Shown here: in pieces, positions 55,166 to 64,000 of the stretch
Layout of the letters: each line of letters opens with the position of its first letter
Position numbering within the stretch: position 1 is the first letter of the stretch
NCBI GenBank assembly: GCA_934254915.1
Contig: CAKQMH010000007.1
Location: forward strand, 2,422 to 66,421
DNA: 64,000 nt
Source of the DNA: an uncultured Alphaproteobacteria bacterium
GTDB taxonomy: Bacteria > Pseudomonadota > Alphaproteobacteria > RF32 > CAG-239
Direction: 5' to 3'
Translations under genes and position numbers: made by a program
Notes under the pieces: generated by a model
The model's database searches: none
What the model was told of the DNA's origin: nothing
The model's input: the letters and a program-made list of their open reading frames with translations, nothing else

Positions 55166-57235
55166 ATGCGTTTGTGGTGGTATCATTTTAAGGAACAGAT
55201 TTTAGCCGGACAAAACCGTTGGGGATTGTGGCTGCCGGTGTTGTTCGGCTGTGGTATCGGGTTATATTTTGCTTTGCCGTTTGAACCGTCCAAATGGTTT
55301 ACGGTTGCGGTAGTCGAGCTTTTAATCATCACTGCCGTTATTTTTCGCTGCTCGCTGGCGGTGCTTTATGCTTTGCTTATTCCGACCTTTGTTGTTTTGG
55401 GGTTTGCCACCATTCAAATCCGCACTCTCTATTTAGCCTCCAAACAAGTTGCTGTTCCGACAGATTCTTTATATCTGCGCGGACGTATTAAATATTTGGA
55501 TTACAATTCACGCGGCAATCAACGCCTGATTTTAGATCAGCTGCAAGATTTTGAACGCCGACCGTTGGCGGGAGAATTTCGGATAAGCTTGCGCCCGCAG
55601 GCGGAAAAACTGCAGTCGGGGCAATGTGTTGAATTGGTGGCCAAACTTATGCCGCGTCCGCAGGCGGCTTTGCCGACCGGCTATCAGTTTGACCGTAAAA
55701 GTTTTTATCTTGGCATTTCGGGCAGTGGCTATGCCGAAAGTCGGGTTTTGCCGATAATTTGCGCCGCTGGTTCGTCTTGGACGGATAAAATTAGTTTCGT
55801 GGTATCGGCTTTGCGCACCAAAGTTATTGACCATATCAAATCAATGCTGCCGCCGGATGAGGCCGCGGTGACTGCCGCTATTATTGCCGGCGAACAAGGC
55901 GGCATCAACAGCCGCTTGCTGAACCATTATCGAGATTCGGGATTGGCACATTTCTTATCAATCTCCGGCCTGCATATGAGTATGATAGCGGGAATGATGT
56001 TTTTTCTGATACGTCTGATGACGGCAATGTTCCCGCCGTTGGCTTTACGCTGCGATTCTAAGAAAATTGCGGCTTTTTTCGCCATAGTTATGAGTATGGT
56101 TTACTTGGTTATCTCCGGTTCTGCCATTCCGGCACAACGGGCGTTTATTATGACTTTTATTGTCTTGTTGGGTGTTTTGTTCGATCGTCGCGCGATTTCA
56201 ATGCACACCATCGCTTGGGCGGCATTTATTGTCTTGTTTATCAGTCCTGAGGCTCTGATTGGTGCCAGTTTTCAAATGTCTTTTGCCGCCGTGATAGCGC
56301 TGGTTGCTTTTTATGAAAAATATGCCGGTGCTTTGCAGCGATTTTTACGCGGCCGCGGTGACAAGCTGCAATCGCTGCCGTTGTGCATCGTGAAAATTCT
56401 ATTTGCTTATATTATCGGTATTTTGCTTTCGGACTTAGTGGCCAGTTTGGCTACATTGCCGTTTGCCATTTATCATTTTAACCGCATTGCCTTGTTTACG
56501 AGTTTAGCCAACCTGTTGGCCGGACCGGTTATCGGTCTGCTGATTATGCCGTTTACGCTGTTATCCTTGGTTGCAATGCCGTTCGGAATGGATTATGTGG
56601 ATATAAAAATTGTCGGTTTCGGAGTTTCTCTGGTTAACCAAATTACAGCTTGGGTCAGCAGTCTTCCGGATGCGGCTTACCTGATACCGTCTATGCCGGC
56701 ATGGGGCTTGGTATTGATTGCTTTAGGCGGCTTGTGGCTGGCAATATGGCAAACCTCAATCCGGCGTTGGGGAATGCTGCCGCTGATTATCGGTTTCTTA
56801 AGTATCGCAGTGGTGCGTCAGCCCGATATGCTGATTTCGTATGACGGTCGCTTGATAGCCCTGCAGGACAAGCAGCATAATATGGTCATTTTACCGGCTC
56901 GCGGCAATAAGTTTATGCAGGATGTCTGGCTTAACAAAACGGCATCTCATCCGCTGACTGATGAGCAAAAATCTTTGCTGCGCGAGATTTATTATCAAGG
57001 CAAAACCGCTAAAGACTGGTTGGATTTGGCGTGTCGTCCGGATGAATGTTTGTATCAAAATCGAGTTGTTATATCGCAAACCAAGTCGATAACTATTGAC
57101 GGTAAAACATTGCCGCTTTCTTCCGGAGGAACAACGGCAGTATATTTGTCAAATGCCGGATTTAAACTTTATACCGTACGCGATTATATCGGTAATCGCC
57201 CATGGAACAGCGGAGGGATAAATGGAAAAAATTGA
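55166..57235 (+). CDS. comEC: DNA internalization-related competence protein ComEC/Rec2
   Basis: 689 aa polytopic membrane protein with the competence-domain motif (LSISGLHMSMIAGMMFF) and a C-terminal metallo-beta-lactamase-like region. Confidence 0.75.
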   Translation: MRLWWYHFKEQILAGQNRWGLWLPVLFGCGIGLYFALPFEPSKWFTVAVVELLIITAVIFRCSLAVLYALLIPTFVVLGFATIQIRTLYLASKQVAVPTDSLYLRGRIKYLDYNSRGNQRLILDQLQDFERRPLAGEFRISLRPQAEKLQSGQCVELVAKLMPRPQAALPTGYQFDRKSFYLGISGSGYAESRVLPIICAAGSSWTDKISFVVSALRTKVIDHIKSMLPPDEAAVTAAIIAGEQGGINSRLLNHYRDSGLAHFLSISGLHMSMIAGMMFFLIRLMTAMFPPLALRCDSKKIAAFFAIVMSMVYLVISGSAIPAQRAFIMTFIVLLGVLFDRRAISMHTIAWAAFIVLFISPEALIGASFQMSFAAVIALVAFYEKYAGALQRFLRGRGDKLQSLPLCIVKILFAYIIGILLSDLVASLATLPFAIYHFNRIALFTSLANLLAGPVIGLLIMPFTLLSLVAMPFGMDYVDIKIVGFGVSLVNQITAWVSSLPDAAYLIPSMPAWGLVLIALGGLWLAIWQTSIRRWGMLPLIIGFLSIAVVRQPDMLISYDGRLIALQDKQHNMVILPARGNKFMQDVWLNKTASHPLTDEQKSLLREIYYQGKTAKDWLDLACRPDECLYQNRVVISQTKSITIDGKTLPLSSGGTTAVYLSNAGFKLYTVRDYIGNRPWNSGGINGKN

Positions 57236-57698
57236 CAAGACTAATGTAATGCGTATTTTCGACAAGCATAAAATCAATTATCAAACCTATTCTTATGCCG
57301 ACCATCCCACAACCTGTGGCACTGAGGTTGCAGCATTATTGGGGCAAAATCCGGCACAGGTGTTCAAAACCCTGGTTACTGTCAGCAAATCCAAGCACTA
57401 TTATGTCTTTATGCTGCCGGTTGAAGATGAGCTTGATCTTAAAAAAGCGGCTGCCGCTGTCGGTGAAAAAGCGGTTGATATGCTTAAATCTAAAGAATTA
57501 CTGCCGTTGACCGGCTATATTCACGGCGGTTGCTCGCCGGTGGGGATGAAAAAGTTTTTTACCACCACCATTCATCAAACCGCCGCCAATTTTCCGACCA
57601 TAATTTTCAGTGCCGGCAAGATTGGTTATCAGGTTGAGACATCAATTTCTGAGCTGCAAAAGGTTATTCCGTTTAAGTTGGCAGATATTATCGCCTGA
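57222..57698 (+). CDS. ybaK: Cys-tRNA(Pro)/Cys-tRNA(Cys) deacylase YbaK-like
   Basis: 158 aa with YbaK/ProX-type motifs (FKTLV..., HGGCSPVG). Overlaps the comEC stop. Confidence 0.6.
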   Translation: MEKIDKTNVMRIFDKHKINYQTYSYADHPTTCGTEVAALLGQNPAQVFKTLVTVSKSKHYYVFMLPVEDELDLKKAAAAVGEKAVDMLKSKELLPLTGYIHGGCSPVGMKKFFTTTIHQTAANFPTIIFSAGKIGYQVETSISELQKVIPFKLADIIA

Positions 57699-57704
57699 AA
57701 AAAT

Positions 57705-57740
57705 AAACCCGAGCGTAATTTAATACGTTCGGGTTTAGTC
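57705..57740. terminator. Bidirectional terminator between ybaK (+) and the 57741 gene (-)
   Basis: AAACCCGAGCGTA / TACGTTCGGGTTT stem (one mismatch) with T/A flanks. Confidence 0.55.
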
Positions 57741-58718
57741 TTAGAAACCTAGGTCAAATCCGCTGTGTGGAGCGTAGGATGATTTGTCGCTGCCAATGCA
57801 GACAAACAAACCTTCTTCGTTTTTGGCAAAGCGTTCGTTTTCCGTCCAACTTTCTTTCAGTTTTCCGTTCTCATAGCGTTGCTTGGGTTCTGCAATGAAA
57901 AAACCGGCACGTTCAGGTTCGTACTGAAAGTGGGCATCTTTGCCGAATTCCGTGATGTAACACAATGTGCCGTTGATGTCTTGATAAAGATGTGTGTCAA
58001 TGATAATCAACTCATCATCAAGCGGTTGCACCAACACATCTTTGCCGATAAACATCAAACTTTTGTCTGCGCCGCGATAAAAGTCATAGCTTTTACTGTA
58101 TATGACCGGCGCACTCAGAAAGTCAAAGCTGTTCCAACTGAATTGCAAAATCGGTGACAAAGCTTCCGGCGTACCTAGTACAATATGATAAGCGCTGGTG
58201 TTGTCGCAGATTAGTAAAGTGTTTTTATCATACAGGCGGTATTGCACTGCCGGTATTGATTCACAGTTATAAGCGCAAATCGGTACAAACCGACGTAATT
58301 CTGAAGGTTCGGCTTTAGCCAGAGCCTCTTTATACCATACGCTTTTCAGTACATCAGCAGAAATCTTGCAGTCTTGACGCCCGATTTTACATAAAGCGTT
58401 ATTAACTTTGGCCAGCACCGTTTTCAACCGCAGAAGCTGATAAAGGTTGGGAACCATTTCATCAATAGTCGGAAATGGTTTGGCAACATTTTTGGCCGGC
58501 TTAAACGTACGGTCGAATTTGGGTAACGGAATAAATAAGTGTTCATCAATAAAAATTCCATATATTTTATCAGGAATAGGGTCGGTGGATGATACTCCGC
58601 CTTTAAGAAGATATTGTCCGCTTTTAGTTGATTGACTTAATAATCCGCCTTCAAAGCTGCTGGTATTATAGCAAGCAACTTTTGCTGATACCGGAAATTT
58701 TACTCGTTTCATAAACAT
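57741..58718 (-). CDS. Hypothetical protein (325 aa)
   Basis: Clean ORF co-directional with, and 74 bp downstream of, ogt. No motif recognised. Confidence 0.45.
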   Translation of the reverse strand: MFMKRVKFPVSAKVACYNTSSFEGGLLSQSTKSGQYLLKGGVSSTDPIPDKIYGIFIDEHLFIPLPKFDRTFKPAKNVAKPFPTIDEMVPNLYQLLRLKTVLAKVNNALCKIGRQDCKISADVLKSVWYKEALAKAEPSELRRFVPICAYNCESIPAVQYRLYDKNTLLICDNTSAYHIVLGTPEALSPILQFSWNSFDFLSAPVIYSKSYDFYRGADKSLMFIGKDVLVQPLDDELIIIDTHLYQDINGTLCYITEFGKDAHFQYEPERAGFFIAEPKQRYENGKLKESWTENERFAKNEEGLFVCIGSDKSSYAPHSGFDLGF

Positions 58719-58792
58719 TAAATAATTTGATTAGTAATTTTTTGATTGTTACTAACTTATGCTTTTTGTCTAAAATGTCAATATCAAATTTT

Positions 58793-59293
58793 TTATTTGG
58801 AGGCTAAAGCGTGTTCCAATTCCAACAGTTTAATCTTAATATCAATTCCGCCGTCATAACCGGTCAACTTGCCGTTAGCTCCCATAACGCGGTGGCAGGG
58901 TACAATAATAGCAATCGGGTTATGTCCGACTGCGCCGCCGACCGCTTGAGCTGACATTTTGCCGCCTCGAGGAGTGATTTTTTGTACAATATCGCCATAA
59001 GTAATGGTTGTGCCGTAGGGAATTTGCCACAAGATTGCCCAAACTTTGTGCTGAAAAATTGTGCCGCTTGCCTTTAGCGGAAAATCAATCACCGGATTTC
59101 GACCGGCAAAATACTCATCCAGCCAGCGGCAGACTTTTTGTAAAACACGGCTGCTTTTTCCATCACAACAATCGCGCGGCAGATTTTCCTCATAACCGCG
59201 CTGCCCTTTAATCGACAACAACGTTAAATTCTCATCATCAGCCGTTAAATAGATTTTGCCGACCGGTGAATTATAGTGCCGTGCATAAATCAT
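58793..59293 (-). CDS. ogt: Methylated-DNA--protein-cysteine methyltransferase
   Basis: Active-site PCHRV motif (IIVPCHRVMGANG) and an HTH-containing C-terminal domain; 166 aa. Confidence 0.85.
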   Translation of the reverse strand: MIYARHYNSPVGKIYLTADDENLTLLSIKGQRGYEENLPRDCCDGKSSRVLQKVCRWLDEYFAGRNPVIDFPLKASGTIFQHKVWAILWQIPYGTTITYGDIVQKITPRGGKMSAQAVGGAVGHNPIAIIVPCHRVMGANGKLTGYDGGIDIKIKLLELEHALASK

Positions 59294-59307
59294 TGTGTTG
59301 TTCTTAA

Positions 59308-59742
59308 TCAGGCTTTCTTTTTTAAGATTATCTGTCGCACAAAAGCCGCAGCCAAAGATACCGGTAAGCCGATTGTCATGGTATAATTCAGAATGTTGCC
59401 CATGAACTCAATGCTTTGTTCATTTCCGCCTTCAAAAGTCGCAATCACCAAAATAGCCACCAATCCGAAAATCGCAGCATACGGAATCCAGCCGATAGCA
59501 ATCAGGTAATAGGAAACACGCGGTAATTTTTCAATGATTTTGTAAATAAATTTGGGCGTTTTGTTAAAGCACAGCATCAACATACACAAAGTGAAAATTG
59601 CTAACAACAAAGATAAAACTCCGTCGCCGAAAGAATTGCCCATAAAGGTAAACGGTGCGCCCAAAACTCCGTATAATCCGCCCAAAACCAAAGCTTCGTT
59701 TGACCAATATTTCATAATATCGCTCCTTTGTTTTGTTGTCAT
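59308..59742 (-). CDS. Hypothetical integral membrane protein (about 4 TM)
   Basis: 144 aa, very hydrophobic. Co-directional with ogt. Confidence 0.4.
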   Translation of the reverse strand: MTTKQRSDIMKYWSNEALVLGGLYGVLGAPFTFMGNSFGDGVLSLLLAIFTLCMLMLCFNKTPKFIYKIIEKLPRVSYYLIAIGWIPYAAIFGLVAILVIATFEGGNEQSIEFMGNILNYTMTIGLPVSLAAAFVRQIILKKKA

Positions 59743-59845
59743 AATATCTCAAGTATAATTTTGTTTGGTTAAAATAGCAATATTTAAAACTTAAAAGTGC
59801 CGAAACGGATTCGGCACTTTGACTTAAACTGCTGATAAGCAAAAT

Positions 59846-60304
59846 TTAGTAGTTGGCAGGAATAACGCGGGCTTGTTTGCCGTACAACACGATGCATTTT
59901 TGTCCCGGTGTCAACAAAACGTCATTTCCCTGCGTAATGGTAACCAAATTTCCGTTGTCGAGTTGGACGACATATTCATATCCGCCCTGATTCGACAAAG
60001 CGCCTTGTGCTGCATCACCGGCCATACCGCCGAGAACCGCACCGCCGATAGCCCCCAATACGTGAACGGCATCATTTCCGCCGATCATTGAACCGGCTAC
60101 ACCGCCGGCCGCGCCGCCCAACAGCATTCCGGCGTTATTATCGCTCTGAACCTGAACCTGACGGACACTGACGATTGTACCTTTAAGTGCGCGGTTTACC
60201 TGCCCGGTGCTGGCGGTAGCATATTCATTAGCTCCGATTCTGGACGTGCAGGCGTTAAGCATCAACGCCAACGGCAATACCAACATAATGGCAAATCTTT
60301 TCAT
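59846..60304 (-). CDS. Glycine-zipper outer-membrane lipoprotein (SlyB/17-kDa-antigen-like)
   Basis: Lipobox MLNAC and a Gly-zipper GGAAGGVAGSMIGGNDAVHVLGAIGGAVLGGMAG. Confidence 0.6.
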   Translation of the reverse strand: MKRFAIMLVLPLALMLNACTSRIGANEYATASTGQVNRALKGTIVSVRQVQVQSDNNAGMLLGGAAGGVAGSMIGGNDAVHVLGAIGGAVLGGMAGDAAQGALSNQGGYEYVVQLDNGNLVTITQGNDVLLTPGQKCIVLYGKQARVIPANY

Positions 60305-60453
60305 AAGTTATCTCCTTTGTGTTTATGACTTTTTCAACCTTAATACGCAGATAAAAAAATGTCAATCTAGACAAGTCGTAAATCTTGTAATATAGTCATC
60401 ACGCGATTACCGGCAGTAATCGGATAAATATCGAAATTTAAGGAATAGGATAA

Positions 60454-61842
60454 ATGTTACAAAGAACTAAGATTGTAAAGCTTTTGGCCAGTGATACGAC
60501 TTTGCCCGAAGTTTTGGTTAAAGGCTGGGTTCGTACCCGCCGTGATGCAAAAGATTTTTCATTTGTCGAGCTTAATGACGGCTCATGTTTAAAAAATATC
60601 CAGATTATTGCCAATAATAATTTACCCAATTATGACGAAGTTAAAAAGCTTTCTACCGGTTCATCAGTAGCGGTTACCGGACATTTGGAAGAGTCTAAAG
60701 GCGGCAATCAGAAATACGAAGTCGTAGCCGACAAAATCGAAATTTATGACATTGCTCCCGATGATTATCCGTTGCAAAAGAAAAAACACACGGATGAATA
60801 TTTGCGTACCATTGCTCATCTGCGTCCGCGTACCAATAAGTATGGCGCAGCTTTCCGCGTTCGTTCGGAACTTTCATACGCAATTCACAAGTTTTTCCAT
60901 GATCGCGGTTTCCGCTATGTTCATACACCGTTGATTACCGGATCTGATTGTGAAGGTGCCGGTGAGATGTTTCAGGTTACGACCCTGGATTTGAATAACA
61001 TACCGCGGACCAAAGACGGTAAGATTGATTATTCACAGGATTTCTTCGGCAAAGAGGCTCACCTGACGGTTTCGGGACAGCTTAATGGCGAAATGTATGC
61101 TATGGGGTTGGGCGATATTTATACTTTCGGTCCGACTTTTCGGGCCGAAAACTCCAACACAACCCGTCATGCGGCCGAATTTTGGATGATTGAACCGGAA
61201 ATGGCGTTTGCTGATTTGAATGATGATATGGATTTGGCGGAAGATATGGTCAAATTCTGTATCAACCACTTGTTGGCAAATGCGCACGAGGATTTGGAGC
61301 TGTTTGACAAGTATGTCGAGCCCGGTTTGTTTGACAAGCTGCATAATATTGTTGAAAACGGATTTGCCCGTATTACTTATGCTGAGGCTATTGATATCAT
61401 GCAAAAATCAGGACAAAAGTTTGAATACAAGCCTGAATTCGGTATTGATATGCAGACCGAGCATGAACGCTTTTTGGCTGAAAAACATTTCAAACGTCCG
61501 GTTATTGTCCGTGATTATCCGAAGGAGATTAAAGCCTTTTATATGCGGATGAATGATGATAACCGCACGGTTGCCGCCATGGATGTGCTTGTCCCCGGTA
61601 TCGGTGAGTTGATTGGCGGTTCTCAACGTGAAGAACGGTATGACTTGTTGGTCAAACGTATTGAAGAAATGGGCATGACGGAAGCTGATTATGAGTGGTA
61701 TCTGGATTCGCGTCGTTACGGTTCGGTCCCGCACTCCGGTTTCGGTTTGGGCTTTGAACGCATGATGATGTTGGTTACCGGTATCGGCAACATTCGTGAT
61801 GTTATTCCGTTTCCGCGGACGCCGAATTCAATCAATTTCTAA
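60454..61842 (+). CDS. asnS: Asparagine--tRNA ligase
   Basis: Class II aaRS motifs (FRAE...; [12 protein letters not shown]; GFGLGFERM) with an N-terminal OB fold; 462 aa. Confidence 0.95.
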   Translation: MLQRTKIVKLLASDTTLPEVLVKGWVRTRRDAKDFSFVELNDGSCLKNIQIIANNNLPNYDEVKKLSTGSSVAVTGHLEESKGGNQKYEVVADKIEIYDIAPDDYPLQKKKHTDEYLRTIAHLRPRTNKYGAAFRVRSELSYAIHKFFHDRGFRYVHTPLITGSDCEGAGEMFQVTTLDLNNIPRTKDGKIDYSQDFFGKEAHLTVSGQLNGEMYAMGLGDIYTFGPTFRAENSNTTRHAAEFWMIEPEMAFADLNDDMDLAEDMVKFCINHLLANAHEDLELFDKYVEPGLFDKLHNIVENGFARITYAEAIDIMQKSGQKFEYKPEFGIDMQTEHERFLAEKHFKRPVIVRDYPKEIKAFYMRMNDDNRTVAAMDVLVPGIGELIGGSQREERYDLLVKRIEEMGMTEADYEWYLDSRRYGSVPHSGFGLGFERMMMLVTGIGNIRDVIPFPRTPNSINF

Positions 61843-61851
61843 GGAGGTTTT

Positions 61852-62439
61852 ATGCGGTATCTTGCAGCTTTGCTTTTCTGTCTGTTCTCGACAACGGCGT
61901 GGGCGCAGGATACTGCCGCTCCCTCACTTGGTGAAAAAGATGCTTATTACCGCGAAGCTGAAACGCTTAATGCTTTTGGACATTCTACCGGTATGATCCG
62001 TGAAGTAGATAATTCGGCTTATAATAATGCCGTGGATAATGTGCCGGCAGTTGCTCAAAACTTTCCGCCTTGTGATGATGCGAAACTGTTACAAAAAGTT
62101 CGCGAGCAGCTGGCAATGATTATGCAAAATGATGTCCCGTCCGATATCTACAACCAGCGGCGGCGGATATTGATTCTCAAAAATACTAATCATTTTATCC
62201 CAACGGCGGTGGACGGTTTTTCGCCTAAAGAAAATTTTACGGTGGCCGGACGTCTGACCGAGATTAAAGTTAATGAAGGCTTGCACAATGCCGATTTGCA
62301 GCTTTGCCGCAGTGATAATCCAATCACCAATCGCCGCATATATGTGCTGATGTATTCGATTTTGGGCCGCAACAATGCTGAAATACTTAATTTTTCAGCC
62401 TCTGACGATGCCAAAAAATATTTACATTTTACCTACTGA
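61852..62439 (+). CDS. Hypothetical secreted protein (195 aa)
   Basis: Strong SD AAGGAGG. Signal MRYLAALLFCLFSTTAWAQD. Lies 9 nt after the asnS stop. Confidence 0.5.
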   Translation: MRYLAALLFCLFSTTAWAQDTAAPSLGEKDAYYREAETLNAFGHSTGMIREVDNSAYNNAVDNVPAVAQNFPPCDDAKLLQKVREQLAMIMQNDVPSDIYNQRRRILILKNTNHFIPTAVDGFSPKENFTVAGRLTEIKVNEGLHNADLQLCRSDNPITNRRIYVLMYSILGRNNAEILNFSASDDAKKYLHFTY

Positions 62440-62569
62440 TTTCTTGAAAAATTTGTTGCATATTTCAGCAAAAAAAAGTACTATCTTTCTTTGCTAAGGG
62501 ATTGCAATTTTCGGATACAATTCTTATATAAGAAAATTGAAGAAAATGAAAAGAGGTCGAATTTAATCC

Positions 62570-63469
62570 ATGAGTATCGGTTCTGAACTCGTTGTTAAAA
62601 CATCATCAAATCTTCCGGCAGTGATTAACGAAAATTCACTGGTCGCTTATCTGGAACAAATCAAAAAGTTTCCGGTTTTGAGCGAGCAGGATGAAGAACG
62701 TCTGGTCACGGATTTTCAGCAAAACAAAAATATGCAGGCGGCGCAGATTTTGGTTACATCGCATTTGCGCTTGGCAGCTAAAATTGCGTTTAACTACCGC
62801 CATTACGGTTTGCCGTTGTCGGACATTATTTCTGAGGCCAATATCGGTTTGATGCAGGCCGTCAAGAAGTTTGACTTGTCCAAAAAAGTTCGTTTGGCGA
62901 CATATGCCATTTGGTGGATTAAGGCCGCGATTAATGACTATATTTTGCGCTCGTGGTCGTTGGTCAAAATCGGTACACGCGCTGCGCAGAAAAAGTTGTT
63001 TTACAATTTGAACCGCATTAAGGCTCGTCTTGGTATTTATGAAAATAAGGAACTTGAGCCGGAAGTAGTCAAGAGCATCGCTAATGAGTTGGTCGTTGAT
63101 GAAAACGAGGTTAAGGAGATGAACCGCCGCTTGGTCGGTGATCAGTCGCTTAACGTTGCGGTTTCAGATGATGATGACGATGAAAAGATCGACTTCTTGG
63201 TTGATAAGAGTCAGAATATTGAAGATAATTTAGCCCGTCGTCAGGAAGCCGGCTTCAAAGCTCAGGTTTTACAAAATTGCCTTGGACAGCTTAATGACCG
63301 TGAACGCTATATTATTAAAAACCGGATGTTGACTGACACGCCCGAAACACTGGAAGGTATCAGCGCCAAGTATGGTATCAGCCGCGAGCGCGTCCGCCAG
63401 ATTGAACAAAGTGCGTTTAAAAAACTGAAAAATATGGTTTTGCTTGCAATTAAGAAACAAGCATGCTAA
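62570..63469 (+). CDS. rpoH: RNA polymerase sigma-32 factor RpoH
   Basis: RpoH box QKKLFYNLNRIKARL. Region 2.4 IWWIKAAINDYILRSW and a region 4 HTH TLEGISAKYGISRERVRQIEQSA. Confidence 0.9.
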   Translation: MSIGSELVVKTSSNLPAVINENSLVAYLEQIKKFPVLSEQDEERLVTDFQQNKNMQAAQILVTSHLRLAAKIAFNYRHYGLPLSDIISEANIGLMQAVKKFDLSKKVRLATYAIWWIKAAINDYILRSWSLVKIGTRAAQKKLFYNLNRIKARLGIYENKELEPEVVKSIANELVVDENEVKEMNRRLVGDQSLNVAVSDDDDDEKIDFLVDKSQNIEDNLARRQEAGFKAQVLQNCLGQLNDRERYIIKNRMLTDTPETLEGISAKYGISRERVRQIEQSAFKKLKNMVLLAIKKQAC

Positions 63470-63498
63470 TATAACAGAACACCATTAAAGGAAGCATT

Positions 63499-63705
63499 AT
63501 GACTAAAACCGATTCTCATACGAAAGCGGATATGAACGCATCACTGACTGAAGCCGATAAACAGGCTTATGGTTTGGATGCTGATTCTTTTCGTAAACGT
63601 ATGGCTGATCGCTTGCATAAGGTATGGTGTTTGCAACACGGAGAAGACTTTGAAGGCGAATTGGAGTTGCCCGGTTTTCAACGTGGTTCGTATGTTCGTT
63701 CCTAA
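63499..63705 (+). CDS. Small hypothetical protein (68 aa)
   Basis: ORF with an AAAGGAAG RBS between rpoH and prmC. No motif recognised. Low confidence that it is expressed. Confidence 0.3.
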   Translation: MTKTDSHTKADMNASLTEADKQAYGLDADSFRKRMADRLHKVWCLQHGEDFEGELELPGFQRGSYVRS

Positions 63706-63767
63706 AACTATTGCTATTTATTTGCAGCATCGATGACGGTGCTTTTTTTGTGTGACAGGTTTTATAA

Positions 63768-64000
63768 ATGAATTTTGAGATTGAGGCAATTTTAACCGCC
63801 GCCGCAGCCAAGCTTAGCAAGGCCGGAATTGTCAACTCTCGATTCGATGTCAAAGTTATGCTTGCGGCGGTATTGGGCTGTAAAGTCGGTGAGGTTATGC
63901 TTTGTCGTTCCAATCTCACGCCGGCTCAGAATGATGCTTTCCAAACCATGGTTGCCGCGCGGCTTAAACGCAAACCGGTAGACAAGATTTTAGGCAATAA
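63768..64000 (+). CDS. prmC: Release factor glutamine methyltransferase PrmC/HemK (N-terminal part, truncated by the window end)
   Basis: N-terminal HemK-type helical domain (LSKAGIVNSRFDVKVMLAAVLGCK...). The RF-methyltransferase N-terminus typically carries a D/EA..LL motif. Confidence 0.55.
   Translation, partial: MNFEIEAILTAAAAKLSKAGIVNSRFDVKVMLAAVLGCKVGEVMLCRSNLTPAQNDAFQTMVAARLKRKPVDKILGN

Overview
This 64-kb window looks like a chromosomal segment from a low-GC (about 43% by eye) alphaproteobacterium. The assignment rests on LpxI in place of LpxH in an lpxA-lpxI-lpxB cluster, a Caulobacter-type fliF-fliG-fliH(flbE)-fliN-flbD class II flagellar operon, sigma-32 RpoH and a type-A RNase P RNA. 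Sel1-repeat and eukaryote-like cysteine-rich secreted proteins suggest a host-associated lifestyle, but that is an inference. Housekeeping genes are dense on both strands: ftsL/rsmH/mraZ, rnpB, lpxC, bamD, recN, gltX, accBC, argS, gap-pgk, asnS, rpoH, prmC, mlaAC, comEC, ogt and tRNA-Phe. They surround a large polar-flagellum locus (fliK-flgD-flgE, then about 12 kb running fliF to flhG plus two unusual tail genes). Two sequence-perfect sigma-54 -24/-12 promoters serve this locus. The accessory content I would examine first is listed below:
- Two tandem giant cysteine-rich secreted paralogs (594 and 821 aa) sit downstream of an M23-peptidase/bactofilin cell-shape module and upstream of a second, canonical-length flgE with its own sigma-54 promoter; a third small family member lies elsewhere in the window.
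- A self-contained two-gene unit has a cytoplasmic 575-aa protein carrying Rel/Spo-like nucleotidyltransferase motifs, translationally coupled to a secreted Sel1-repeat protein.
- A promoter-equipped 651-aa hydrophilic protein contains an internal tandem repeat and a Cys cluster.
- A proline-rich FliK-like protein and a J-domain/TM/SH3 protein sit at the tail of the flagellar operon.
No CRISPR arrays, transposases or integrases were seen. All functional calls come from motifs read directly in the translated ORFs and from gene order; no database search was run.
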